Below, in pieces: positions 39,512-49,949 of a stretch of DNA of 64,000 bases (position 1 is its first letter; each line of letters begins with the position of its first letter). Position numbers and translations under genes: made by a program. The notes beneath the pieces were generated by a model. That model did not search any database. It was not told the DNA's origin and saw only the letters and a program-made list of their open reading frames with translations. Source of the stretch: an uncultured Methylomirabilota bacterium (lineage in GTDB: Bacteria; Methylomirabilota; Methylomirabilia; Methylomirabilales; 2-02-FULL-66-22); assembly GCA_963845565.1 (NCBI GenBank), contig CAWJSJ010000002.1, positions 96,001-160,000 on the forward strand, given 5' to 3'.

Positions 39512-42464
39512 GTGGCGTGCCACGAATGCCACTCTCTAGGAATCGACACACACGGCCCACACCTCGTGCGCCCCGAGGGACGAGAGGCGGGCCTCGTCCG
39601 AGTTCTGACGTCGCTGGCGCTCTTCCAGGGAGTCCCCCAGACCAGTCTGACGCCGCTCGCGAAAGCCATGCGTTTTCGGCGTTACGCCCAAGGGGATGTC
39701 GTATTTGCGCAGGGCGACCCGGCACACGAGTTCTTCGTCCTGGTATCCGGCCGCGTCGTCGTGACCGTCAAGGGCGGCGATCCCGAGGGTCCGCCGATCG
39801 CCGTGCTCACGGGGCCGACATGGTTCGGCGATCTTGCCATCGTGAGCGAGCAGACACGCATCTCCACGGTGACCGCGGAGACGGATTGCGAATTCTGGGT
39901 GCTGGCGCGGACCCATTTCGAAGCGTTCTTCAACCGCCACCCGCGCATGGCGCGCAACCTGGCCGCGGCGCTCGTGCGCCGTTTGCAGGAGAAGGATCAA
40001 GACTTCACCAGCCAGTCCACGCTCGCGCTGGAGCGCGCACGGCTGCTGGAGGCACTCCGGCAAGGCACCGAGGAGATGGCGGCACTCACCGACGTGACCC
40101 GGGCCATCAACGTGTCGCTCGATCTGGACCAGACGCTCGGTTCCATCAGCACCTACGCGGCACGTCTCACGAAATCGGACTCGGCGCTGATCTTCCTCAA
40201 TGAGCCGGCGCGGGATGTGCTCAGCGTGCGCGCGTCCTACAACGCGCCTGCCGGCTATCTTGCCGAAGTCGGCGAGCGCCACCCTCCGCTCTCCGCGACT
40301 CCGGAGATCCTCGCCAACTGCTCGTTGACGGTGCGCGCCGTCGTCGAGCGCGGCCCGGTGCAGATTGCCGATGTCGAGGCAGTCCCGCTTTACCGCAGCC
40401 GGGAGTTACTCTTGCGATGGGGGTACCGTGCGGTTCTTGTGGTGCCCCTCCTCCACGACGACCGGGTCATCGGTGCCATGAGCGTCCTGCGTCAACACCC
40501 GGGAGAATTCGCAACGCGCGAGGTGGAGCTGGTCACGACGTTTGCCGGGCATTCGGCGATCGCCCTGGAGCACGCCCGCCTCTTTCAAGAGGCACAAGCA
40601 CAGAACCGCGCACTCCAGGAGGCTCTGGACTATCAAACGGTCACCAGTGAGTTTCTGAAAAGCGTCAGCCACGCGACCTTCGAGCTTCAACCAACGCTCG
40701 ATACCCTGGCCGAACACGCCGCCCAGCTGTGCGGGGCGTCGAGCTGTCTGATCTTCACGCTGGAGAATGGGGCGTATCAGCTCGCCGCGCACTACCGCGC
40801 AGCCGCCGAGTTCCGCAGGCTCCTCCAGGATCAACCCATTCGCGCGGGACGGGACACCATGGTGGGCCGTACGGCGCTGGAGCGGCGTCCCGTGCATATC
40901 CCCGACGTGCTTGCCGACCCGGAATATGGGTGGACCGAGGCCCAGCGCGCGGTGGGATACCGCAGCGTCCTCGGCGTTCCGCTGCTCCGCGAGGGAAGTC
41001 CCCATCGGCGTGATCGCCATCCACCGCACCGAGGTGCAGCCATTCGCGCACAAAGAGATCGAGGTCCTCACCAGCTTCGCCGATCAGGCGGTCGTCGCCA
41101 TCGAGAAGATCCGACTCTTCCATGAGCTTCGCGCGCGGACCGACGAACTTGCCCAGTCCGTGGAGGAACTGCGCGCACTGAGTCAAACCACCCAGACGGT
41201 CAATTCGTCGCTGAATCGGGAACGGGTGCTCTCTGCGATCGCCGAGCACGCCTGCCGGCTCTGTCAGGCAGACGGCGGCCTCATCACGGAGCTCGCCGAG
41301 TCCACGCGGGAGTTCCGCCCCGTCGCCACGTGGAACGTGCGCCCGGAGTTCGTCCAGAAGGTCCTGGCGTCCCCTCCCACATGGGGCAGAGGAGTCACGG
41401 GCCAGAGCGCGGCCAGTCGTGGCGCCGTGCAGATCCCCGACGTGCTCGCCGCGGAGGGATATCCGTGGCGCGAGGCGATCTCCGCCGAGGGGTATCGCGC
41501 CATTCTGTCGGTTCCCCTCCTGCGCGACGACCGGGTCATCGGGACCATTGCGGTGGCGCGGAAAACGGCCGGCGCGTTTGCACCGCGGTTCGTCACCCTC
41601 CTGACGACGTTTGCCAACCAGACCAGCATCGCGCTGGAGCATGCGCGTCTCTTTCAGCAGGTGCAGGAGAAGGCCGCACAGCTCGAGGTGGCGTCCCGGC
41701 ACAAATCTCAGTTCTTGGCCAACATGTCGCACGAGCTCCGCACCCCGCTCAACGCCATCATCGGCTTCTCCGAGGTGCTCCTCGATCCGAGCCTCGGCGC
41801 GCTGGGCGACGCAGAGCGGCACGAGTTTCTGACGAACATCCTGACGTCGGGGCGGCACCTGCTGCGGCTCATCAACGACGTCCTGGACCTCAGCAAGGTC
41901 GAGGCCGGCAAAATGGAACTCCACGCCGAGCCGGTCAGCCTCGCCGAATCCGTGGAGGGTGTCGTGGCGACGGTGAAGACCTTGGCAATGAGAAAGCGCA
42001 TTCAGATTCACAGCGATATTCACCCGGATCAGGGCCCGGTCTGCGCCGACCCGTCCCGTCTGAAACAGATCCTGTATAACCTGCTGAGCAACGCCATCAA
42101 GTTCACCCCGGAGGAAGGACGCGTCAGCATCACCGCTCGTGCCGTCGAGTCGCCAACTGATCGGGTAGCGCATTCGGCCGTGCCAATCGACGAGTTGACC
42201 AATCGACCATTTGACTCGCCCGGGGACGTCGTGGAGGTCAGCGTCACGGATACGGGCGTCGGCATCCCCGCGACGGACCTCGGACGCATCTTCGAGGAAT
42301 TCGAACAAGTGGAGCATGCGTCGGCGGGAGGACAGGAGGGCACCGGCCTCGGCTTGGCCCTGGTGAAAAGGCTCGTGGAGATGCAAGGGGGAAGGATCCG
42401 CGTCGCTTCCGTACCCGGTGAAGGGAGCACGTTTTCCTTCACGATTCCACTGGCACGCGACTGA
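39512..42464 (+). CDS. Soluble histidine kinase: cNMP-binding-3xGAF-HisKA-HATPase with N-terminal CxxCH motif (one frameshift near 40997)
   Basis: AGGAGG RBS before GTG 39512; cNMP motifs VF.QGD, G..FGD.A, R.STV.A; GAFs; [25 protein letters not shown]. Confidence 0.88.
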
Positions 42465-42577
42465 GCGGCCAGCCCATCGCTCGGCAGTACGTTACGCGGG
42501 GCCGAGGGTGGCAAGGTGCGCTGCGCCGTCCGGCTATCGTAGGACGCTGGGCCGTCGTGGGGCATGGGGAGTTGATC

Positions 42578-42964
42578 ATGAACGGGAAAAGGATCTTGCT
42601 GGTCGAGGACAACGCGGTCAATCGGCGCCTGGCGCAATTTCTATTGAAGTCCAAGGGCTACGAGGTGTGGGAGGCGACCAGCGTGCCGGAGGCGTTCGCG
42701 GCGCTGAAGGAGCGGCGGCCGGATCTCATTCTCATGGACATCCAGTTGCCCGAGGTGGACGGACTGACGGCAACGCGGTGCCTGAAAGCCGACCCCGCCA
42801 CGTGCGACATCCCCGTGGTGGCGGTGACATCCTACGCGATGAAGGGAGACGAGGCGAAGGCCTTCGAGGCGGGCTGTAGCGGGTATGTCACCAAGCCGAT
42901 CGACAAGGCACAGCTTCTCGACACCGTGGCGCGACTCCTCCCGCAGCCGGAGGCGAGCGGTTAG
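42578..42964 (+). CDS. Single-domain response regulator (DivK-like)
   Basis: ILLVEDN, PDLILMDIQLP, AVTSYAM.GD, GYVTKPID. Confidence 0.93.
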   Translation: MNGKRILLVEDNAVNRRLAQFLLKSKGYEVWEATSVPEAFAALKERRPDLILMDIQLPEVDGLTATRCLKADPATCDIPVVAVTSYAMKGDEAKAFEAGCSGYVTKPIDKAQLLDTVARLLPQPEASG

Positions 42965-43479
42965 TGCACCGACTCCAGTCGTTCCAGGGCGCGGACCGAG
43001 GCGGGGTCCGCCAGATACTGTTCGGCGGCCTCGGCGGACACGTACGCCTTGAGCAGGCGACGGATGAGGCGGGACTGCTCTGCCACCTCTCCCGTCAGTT
43101 GCCGAACGCGCAACAGCGATTTGACCCGGAGGAGCAACTCGAGTTTGTTGATCGGCTTCGTGAGCACGTCGTCGCCGCCCACATCCACGGCGCGCATGTG
43201 GTCTTCCATCTCGTGGAGCGCGGTCAGGAAGACGATGGGGGTCTGCCGGGTGTCGGGGGCCGCGCGAAGCCGCTGGCACACCTCGAAGCCGGTGATGTCC
43301 GGCATCATGATGTCCAAGAGGATCAGGTCGGGATTCTCGCGCGCAGCGGCGGCCACGCCCTCGACGCCGCAGCCGGCGGTGACCACCTCGTACCCCGCGC
43401 CCGTGAGCAGGGCGCGAAGCAGTCGGAGGTTTGGTTCGGTATCGTCCACGACGAGGATCTTCGACCGGGATGTTGGCAT
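42961..43479 (-). CDS. Response regulator: REC plus short helical tail, no output domain
   Basis: ILVVDD, PDLILLDIMMP, FLTA, LTKP..ELLLRVKSLLR. Confidence 0.9.
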   Translation of the reverse strand: MPTSRSKILVVDDTEPNLRLLRALLTGAGYEVVTAGCGVEGVAAAARENPDLILLDIMMPDITGFEVCQRLRAAPDTRQTPIVFLTALHEMEDHMRAVDVGGDDVLTKPINKLELLLRVKSLLRVRQLTGEVAEQSRLIRRLLKAYVSAEAAEQYLADPASVRALERLESVH

Positions 43480-43584
43480 GGTCCTCTTCCTCCCTGCGCA
43501 TCGAATTGCCAAGGCAGCTTACATCGGGAGTGAGAGATGTCAAAGGGAAACCCAAATGACTCCAGCCACCGGCGCAGTGCTCCG

Positions 43585-45639
43585 ATGATCATGCGCGGCC
43601 CCGTAGCGTGCAGGACGTACGGGCGACCTTCCCGGTTAGCCCGCCTCGGTCTGGGCGGATGGGCGGCGTGTGTGTTCGCGACCGGCCTCGCCTGGGCCGG
43701 GGAGCCTTCCCGGATCACGGAAGTGCTCCTCAAGGTCAAGCCGGCGGTCGTCATGGTGACGACCGAGATCTCGGGTGAGGTCCGGTTGACCTGCCCCAAC
43801 GGATCGCCGCAGCGCGTCACCCCCGCACCCATCCGCGCGCACGGCACCGGCGTCCTGATCACCCCTGACGGCTACCTGATCACCAACGGCCACGTAGTCC
43901 AGCCGTATCACGAATCGAACGACCGAGAGCAACGCGAAGCAATCCTGCGTCAGGCCGTCGAGCAGTCGTGCCTCGCCACCAGTCTCCCCGAGAAGCAGAA
44001 GCGCCAAGCGGTGAGCGGCCTCCTGGTGCGGCTCACCCCTTCCACCACTGTGGAATTGAAGAAGAAGCTGACGGTGGTGTTGCCGAACCGAGAAACCTTT
44101 GCGGCCGACGTGAAGGCCTACAGCCCCCCGCTGGCGGACCGGCCAGGGAAGCAAGGCTCGACGGATGGCGGTCCAGCAACGGAATCTGGCAAAGACCTCG
44201 CCATCGTGAAAATCGACGCCAGAAACCTCCCCACGGCGCCCCTGGGAAACTCCGACCGCGTTCAGTTGGGACAGCCGGTCCACCTCCTGGGCTTCCCCGG
44301 AGTGGTCCTGTACCACGATCTCCTGGACAAGCGGAGCGCTGTGGAGGCGAGCGTGACCTCGGGAACAATCTCCAGCGTGAAACTGGACGCGCGCGGTGCG
44401 CCGGTGATCCAGACCGACGCGGCGGCCTCCTGGGGGAACAGCGGGGGGCCCGCCATCAACGAGCAGGGCGAGGTCATCGGCATCCTCACGTTCATCTCGC
44501 TGACGTCTGATGAGACCCAGTCAATCCAGGGATTCAACTTCCTGGTCCCTGTCAACATGGTGCGGGAATTTGCCCGCACCGCGGGCGCCGTACTGGGGGC
44601 GCCCAGCCCCTTCAATGCCGTCTGGCGCGAGGCCGTGGAGAGGTTCGGGCGCGAGGACTGGACGGGGGCCCAGACCAAGCTGGACGCGGCCGCGCGCCTG
44701 GTGCCCAACCTGCCCGATGTGCAGCGCCTTCAGGCGGAGACGGAGCTTCGACTCCTCCAGGCTTCGCGCTGGCCCTCTTCCTGGACACTCGGGGGGGTCG
44801 TCGTGGCCCTCCTGGCCGCTACCGGCGGCGCCTGGTGGGGATGGCGGCGCCGGCGCGCACCGTCCACCTCTACCAGGGTCGTGGCGTCGGCACCGACGCC
44901 GACCCCCGCGGACCCCGTCCGGGTCTCTGCGGCGGATCTCGCCCGGGCGCTCGGCGAGAGGGCGGACCTGGTCTTGGTGGACGTCCGCGAGCAATCGGAC
45001 TACGCGAGCAGCTCCGTCCAGGCGAAGGGCGCCGTTCGGGCGAGTGCGGCCGATGTCCTCCAGGCCTGTTCGACCCTGGCACGCCATCAGGGGATCGTCC
45101 TGTACTGCGGCTCCCCGGGGGAAGCAACCAGCCTCCAGGCCGCGCGGCGATTGATGGTGGAGGGGTACACCAGGGTCGTCGTCCTGACGGGCGGTTTCGC
45201 GGCCTGGGAGGGGGCGAGTTTGCCGCTGGAGCGAACGCCGCACGCGCGGACGATGATGGTCGGGGTGTCACCGTCGGCACTCCCCACTCCGGGGATCGCC
45301 CGAGACCATGGGATGAAAGCCGACGTGGATCTCCCCGTGGGCGTCAAGGGCGCAGGGCCCTATTTCAACGCGCGGGCGATGAATGTCAGCGTGGCCGGGC
45401 TCGTTCTCAGGAGCCCGGAGGAACTGACGGTGGGGCAGCGACTTCGTCTGAGCATCTTCCTGCCGGGAGAGCCAGTCGAGGTCGCCGGCCAGGTCGTTTC
45501 CCTGGATCCCCGCTCGCCCGACGGCACGGAAAAGACAGCCGAGATCGCCTTCGAGGCTCTTGGCCAGGACCAGGCGACAGCCCTGGAGGGTTTCATCCTG
45601 GCCCAGCGAACCACAGGCGCCCACCGTGTCGTGACCTGA
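43585..45639 (+). CDS. Trypsin-like (S1C) serine protease - TM - rhodanese - PilZ-like fusion
   Basis: TNGHVV, KDLAIVKI, GNSGGP triad; TM LGGVVVALLAATGGAWWGW+RRRR; LVDVRE, VLYC, LTGGFAAW; NVSVAGL beta-barrel. Start codon uncertain. Confidence 0.85.
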   Translation: MIMRGPVACRTYGRPSRLARLGLGGWAACVFATGLAWAGEPSRITEVLLKVKPAVVMVTTEISGEVRLTCPNGSPQRVTPAPIRAHGTGVLITPDGYLITNGHVVQPYHESNDREQREAILRQAVEQSCLATSLPEKQKRQAVSGLLVRLTPSTTVELKKKLTVVLPNRETFAADVKAYSPPLADRPGKQGSTDGGPATESGKDLAIVKIDARNLPTAPLGNSDRVQLGQPVHLLGFPGVVLYHDLLDKRSAVEASVTSGTISSVKLDARGAPVIQTDAAASWGNSGGPAINEQGEVIGILTFISLTSDETQSIQGFNFLVPVNMVREFARTAGAVLGAPSPFNAVWREAVERFGREDWTGAQTKLDAAARLVPNLPDVQRLQAETELRLLQASRWPSSWTLGGVVVALLAATGGAWWGWRRRRAPSTSTRVVASAPTPTPADPVRVSAADLARALGERADLVLVDVREQSDYASSSVQAKGAVRASAADVLQACSTLARHQGIVLYCGSPGEATSLQAARRLMVEGYTRVVVLTGGFAAWEGASLPLERTPHARTMMVGVSPSALPTPGIARDHGMKADVDLPVGVKGAGPYFNARAMNVSVAGLVLRSPEELTVGQRLRLSIFLPGEPVEVAGQVVSLDPRSPDGTEKTAEIAFEALGQDQATALEGFILAQRTTGAHRVVT

Positions 45640-45747
45640 TCGGCCTTAGGAGCCGTTACGAAATACCTTGTCCGTTTCTGGTAATTTCGTTACGGCTCCT
45701 TATGCCGTTCCAGAATTTCCCCGGTCAAGTTATTCTTTGACAACGGC

Positions 45748-46506
45748 TCATGGCCGCGCCTCCCCGGCGTTCGGCCCCTTCTTCCCGACCGCGCCCAGGT
45801 AGATCGCGAACCGACTCTCCCCGTCGAGACCGAGGACCCGGTTCACCTCGTCGTCCTCGAACGCGGCGATCGCGCACGCCCCACACTCGATCGCCTCCGC
45901 CGCGAGGTACAGGTTCTGGCAGACGTGACCCGCATCGAGATGCAGGTACCGGTAGCCCCGTTCCCCGTACCGGTAGGTCATCCGATGCACCTCCGCCACC
46001 CAGACGAACGTGAGGGCACCCCCCTTCACGAAACGCTGCCCGAGGCATGCCTCGACCAAGCGGTCCGCGATGTCCGGCTCGAGGTTTTCCTCCAGCAGGG
46101 CGTGGTCGAGGGCCAGGAACCGGTACAGCCCTGGCGACAGAGCCGTCACATTGTTGACCAAGAGCAGCGTCTCGAAGGCGTGCCGCGCCCCAGCGGACGG
46201 TACCGTCCGGAGCGTGCATCGGCCGGCAGCATCCTGAACTCCCTGTGTACACCAGAGCAGGTAAGAGAGTTCCTCCAGAGAGAGCGGCTGCCCGGAGTAT
46301 TCCCGCAGGGATCGCCGCTGCTCGATCGCCTGGCGCAGGCTGAAATCGCCCAGGCGGAGGGAGACGGGCGGGGGAAGCGGGATCGGCGCCTTGGTACGGT
46401 CCCACTCCGCCTCCACCGGGGGCTGGGCCATTCCCAGCCGGTGTGCCGACTTCCCCATGTTGTGGTACTTCGTTCCCTCCATGAACTCCTTGCCGATTCC
46501 ACTCAC
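45748..46506 (-). CDS. SagB/ThcOx-like FMN nitroreductase-family protein
   Basis: RRS.REY, R..PSAGA, GLYR, YG.RGYRY..LDAGH..QNLYL; AAGGAG RBS. Confidence 0.9.
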   Translation of the reverse strand: MSGIGKEFMEGTKYHNMGKSAHRLGMAQPPVEAEWDRTKAPIPLPPPVSLRLGDFSLRQAIEQRRSLREYSGQPLSLEELSYLLWCTQGVQDAAGRCTLRTVPSAGARHAFETLLLVNNVTALSPGLYRFLALDHALLEENLEPDIADRLVEACLGQRFVKGGALTFVWVAEVHRMTYRYGERGYRYLHLDAGHVCQNLYLAAEAIECGACAIAAFEDDEVNRVLGLDGESRFAIYLGAVGKKGPNAGEARP

Positions 46507-46587
46507 GAGATGCCGCTCCTTTCGAATACTGGCGCTACAGAGCCGTGCCGCGCCAGCCGCGGCGCCCACGGCTCTACCCGGTGATGA

Positions 46588-47115
46588 CTAGGATTGATTG
46601 GGCCGGCGACGGGGCACGGACAGCGATTGCCAGCGTTCCCACTCCAGGTGCTTGGCCAGAAAGACAATCTGGCCGATGTGCGACGCATAGTGATCGAACT
46701 GGCGGATGATCGCCTCCATGGCGCTGAACTCCTCGCCCCGAATCCTGACCGTGGCGAGGAGGTCGGCGGGCGTGAGAGCGTCCAGCGCGCCGAAGAGGCA
46801 CGCCCAGCCATCGTCCCAGGCGGCCATCAGCTCGGCGCGGGTCATGGCCCCCGGCGATTCGAACTCGGCGTCGCGATTTCGGCTCGGCTTCTCGCCGTCC
46901 GAGGTGAGGAAGTCGGTCCAGCGCGACAGCATGTTCCCGCTCAGGTGCTTCACGATGATGGCGATACTGTTCGATTCCGCATCCAAGGTCAGGTGCAGGT
47001 GCCGATCGTCCCTGAGTTGGGCGATCGCCTTCTCGGCCCGCACCTTGATCCGATTCAGCTCTTGCGGGATGATGTCCAGGAAATGCGCACCGAGGCTGCT
47101 CGCGTTCTCCGTCAT
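46588..47115 (-). CDS. DUF1572 / DinB-superfamily protein
   Basis: SNSIAIIVKHLSGNMLSRWTDFLTSDGEKP.RNRD.EF; HYA.H.GQIV. Confidence 0.9.
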   Translation of the reverse strand: MTENASSLGAHFLDIIPQELNRIKVRAEKAIAQLRDDRHLHLTLDAESNSIAIIVKHLSGNMLSRWTDFLTSDGEKPSRNRDAEFESPGAMTRAELMAAWDDGWACLFGALDALTPADLLATVRIRGEEFSAMEAIIRQFDHYASHIGQIVFLAKHLEWERWQSLSVPRRRPNQS

Positions 47116-47182
47116 GGCCACCCCTCCCCTGTCGTGTGTCCGCCGATTCTCCACGCTCCTCCCGCCGAGGCTCCAAATCGTG

Positions 47183-48343
47183 TCAGGACAGCAACGCCTG
47201 CCGGAGCACCTCCGTGAGCTCCTCGTCTGCGAGTGCGACCGGGTTCCCTTTGGTGCTGCTGGCGCGCTGCGTCTCGGCCACGACCGCCGGGAGGTCCGCC
47301 GCGACCATGCAATAATGATTCAACGGGGGTATCCCGAGATCTGCCGAGAGGGCGTGCGCCCAGCGGATGCCGTCGGCTATGGTCGCCTCGGTTCGGCCAG
47401 TGAGGATGCGCGCCACCTCCTCGTACCGGCGGAGCCCCGGTGCCGCCGCCGACTGCCCGTGCAGCGCGGCGACGTTCGCCGCCATCACGAAGGGGAGCAG
47501 CCGCGCGCAGACCGCCCCATGCGGGGCGGGAAACCGTCCACCCACGACGGCGGCGCAGCCATGCACGACACCCAGCCTGGCGTTGGCCAGGGCCAAGCCG
47601 CCGAAGAGGCTTGCCAGCGCCATGTCTTCCCGGGCAGCCGCGTTCCTCCCGTCCTCGCACGCCCGGCGGAGCGAGCGCGCGGCCCGACCCATTCCCTCAC
47701 GGCAGAGGGCGTCCGTCAGCGGATTCGCGCCGGTGGACACGAACGGCTCGATGAGCTGCGTCAAGGCATCCAGACCGGTGGACGCCGTGATCGCCGGCGG
47801 CAGCGTGTGGGTGAGTTCCGGGTCTACCACCGCCAGGCAGGGGTACATGGTGTTACTCCGCAGACTCGCCTTGATGCGCTGGTCCGGTGCCACCAGGACG
47901 GCGTTCCGCGTCACCTCGGACCCGGTCCCCGCGGTGGTGGGAACCGCAATGAAGGGCACCGACGGCCGGGCCAGCGCCCGCCCCTTCCCGACCACCTCCA
48001 GATAGTCCAGCGGGTCGCCGTCATTGGCGAGGAGCGCCGCGATGGCCTTGCCCGTGTCCAGGACACTCCCGCCGCCGAATCCGACGACCAGGTCGCAACC
48101 GCCCTCGCGGGCGCGTGCGACCTCGGCGCGGACCAGGGGGACGGTCGGCTCGCCGCCCACGCTGCAGACGACCGTGGCGACCCCGTGGGCGATGAGTCGC
48201 TCGCGTAGCGGCTCGGCGCGCCCCACGTCGCGTCCGACGACCAGGAGCGCGCGCTTCCCCAACGCCTTGGCGGCAGGCGCAACCTCTGCCAGGGTACCGG
48301 GCCCGAACAGGATACGGGTGGCGGTGGCGAACTCGAAACGCAT
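47183..48343 (-). CDS. Iron-containing alcohol dehydrogenase family
   Basis: RILFG.G, GGGSVLD.GK, PTTAGTGSEVT, DALTQLIE, LG.VHG, HG..CA. Confidence 0.93.
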   Translation of the reverse strand: MRFEFATATRILFGPGTLAEVAPAAKALGKRALLVVGRDVGRAEPLRERLIAHGVATVVCSVGGEPTVPLVRAEVARAREGGCDLVVGFGGGSVLDTGKAIAALLANDGDPLDYLEVVGKGRALARPSVPFIAVPTTAGTGSEVTRNAVLVAPDQRIKASLRSNTMYPCLAVVDPELTHTLPPAITASTGLDALTQLIEPFVSTGANPLTDALCREGMGRAARSLRRACEDGRNAAAREDMALASLFGGLALANARLGVVHGCAAVVGGRFPAPHGAVCARLLPFVMAANVAALHGQSAAAPGLRRYEEVARILTGRTEATIADGIRWAHALSADLGIPPLNHYCMVAADLPAVVAETQRASSTKGNPVALADEELTEVLRQALLS

Positions 48344-48411
48344 GGCCTGTCTCCCTCGGGGTGGATGCGTGGAGCGTGGCGCCGACGCCGCCGTGGCTTC
48401 GCGCTGCGTTC

Positions 48412-49449
48412 TCATTTCCCGCGCTCCGCGCCCGTCCTCGGCGGCGCGTCCGTGGGCCGGGCGGGCTCGCTCGCCGCGACGCCTAGCCGCTCGAGGAAGG
48501 CTTTGACGGCCTCCTGCACGGTGACGGCCATGCCCCGGGCCGCCTCGCCGACCCGGGTCTTGGAGGCGGCCCAGAACGCTCCCGCGACCCGCTTCGCGCC
48601 GTCCTGCGCGATTGCCCCCAGCATCTGCGCGGCTTGCGAGACGGCCAACCGCCGCACCGCGCGAGGTTCCGGCAGCACCAGGGCTCCGCAGTACCGTTTG
48701 GCGATGATGCCCACGCGCAGCGTCAGGAAGGCGTTGGCGGTCCCGTTCACGACGGAGTTCACGAAAAGCGCGCTGGCGGCATGGAGTCCCGGGACCGCTC
48801 CCGCCGCGGACCCCAGGACGCCGGACACCAGGGGTTGTACCTGCTCGGCGAGATCCAGGTCGTCCAGCTGACTCGCGATGAAGACGGTCGAGGCGACGTT
48901 TCCATACAGGGTGGCGAGATCCCGGACCGTGGGGCGCTGGTAATACACCCGGGCGATCTGCCAGACCATCTTGGACTGCGCCAGAAGCACCATCAGCCCA
49001 TCCAGGCTGCCGTTCTGCGAGACCGCGGTGGTGATGAAGACCTGCGAACCGACGCTGCGCACGATCTCGTCCGCCCGGCGGTCCAGGATCCTGAGCGCTT
49101 CCTCGATGTCCATGCGGGACGCCAGGGCCCGGTCCGCGAGGAGGGGGTTTCCGTGCAGGCGGCGGCTCAGCGCCTCGAGGTGTGCGGGAAACTCGGGCGA
49201 CGCCTCGCTCGCGGGCGGCGTGAGCGGTCTGGGCAGCCGCAGGAGCAGAGTCAGCGGCAAAAATGTGCACGCGGTGTAGATGAGCAACAACCCCCAGAGG
49301 ACCGCGGTTCCGAGCGCGGGGTGCAGGCGATCGGCGAGGCCGACGACCTGAACGGTCTGGTTGACCAGGAATACCAGGAAGGCCACACCCAAGAGGATGG
49401 ACACCAGCAGAACCAAGTTCCGGAGCGGCTTCTCCATCGTTCGCCTCAT
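48412..49449 (-). CDS. DUF697/YcjF-family membrane protein
   Basis: Two N-terminal TMs; VF..TAVSQNG.LD; Y.QRP; G..NA.LTLRVG. Confidence 0.75.
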   Translation of the reverse strand: MRRTMEKPLRNLVLLVSILLGVAFLVFLVNQTVQVVGLADRLHPALGTAVLWGLLLIYTACTFLPLTLLLRLPRPLTPPASEASPEFPAHLEALSRRLHGNPLLADRALASRMDIEEALRILDRRADEIVRSVGSQVFITTAVSQNGSLDGLMVLLAQSKMVWQIARVYYQRPTVRDLATLYGNVASTVFIASQLDDLDLAEQVQPLVSGVLGSAAGAVPGLHAASALFVNSVVNGTANAFLTLRVGIIAKRYCGALVLPEPRAVRRLAVSQAAQMLGAIAQDGAKRVAGAFWAASKTRVGEAARGMAVTVQEAVKAFLERLGVAASEPARPTDAPPRTGAERGK

Positions 49450-49549
49450 GCCACCCGCGCGGCGCGACCGTTCGGGTGCGGTGGTTCGGCGCGGGCTCCC
49501 ACTGGGTCCCCTGGGCGCCTGGCGGCCGGCAGGAGCAGACGAACCTCCT

Positions 49550-49949
49550 TCAGCCGGCGATGTGGCTGTCGAGCGGCAACCGGTCGCCCACCCACGGCAC
49601 CGTGCGCTCGAAGGCCTCGGCGTACAGGATGGCCGACCGGCCGGAGAGCTGGCGCGCCTGGAACGCCCGCAGCTTGGCCACGTCGGTGTACCAGGCGGGC
49701 AGAGAACCCTGGGCGCGCGTGAAGCATTTCAGCGCCGGCCGCCCGTTCCGCCTCGTCCCGCCGGGCGGTCTTGACGGCATCGAGCGCCGGCCGCGCCCCG
49801 CCGGCGTAGAGTCCCCCGGACTCGGAGCGTTCCCCGTAGGTGAGCGTCACCACTTTCACCGCGGCGCTTGTTTTGGCATGCAGCGCGATGGTCCCTCCCG
49901 CGCGGGAGCAGAAATCGGCGGTGTGGGCGCTGACGACCAACAGTCGCAT
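49550..49949 (-). pseudogene. PIG-L/LmbE-family gene (GalB-like) with large internal deletion and frame change
   Basis: N-part LLVVSAHTADF..RAGG.IA...LTYGERSESG...RRDEAERAA joined near 49730 to an out-of-frame C-part ...LRAFQAR......YAEAFER. Confidence 0.7.

Noticed and set aside
39512..39535. CxxCH as a c-type cytochrome
   Set aside because: No signal peptide or TM; the protein appears cytoplasmic.
37110..41010. Kinase frameshifts as programmed ribosomal frameshifting
   Set aside because: No slippery heptamer or stimulatory structure seen; single extra bases beside short homopolymers fit sequencing error better.
45748..46506. SagB-like gene as part of a thiazole/oxazole RiPP cluster
   Set aside because: No YcaO, E1-like protein or precursor peptide nearby; stand-alone members are common.
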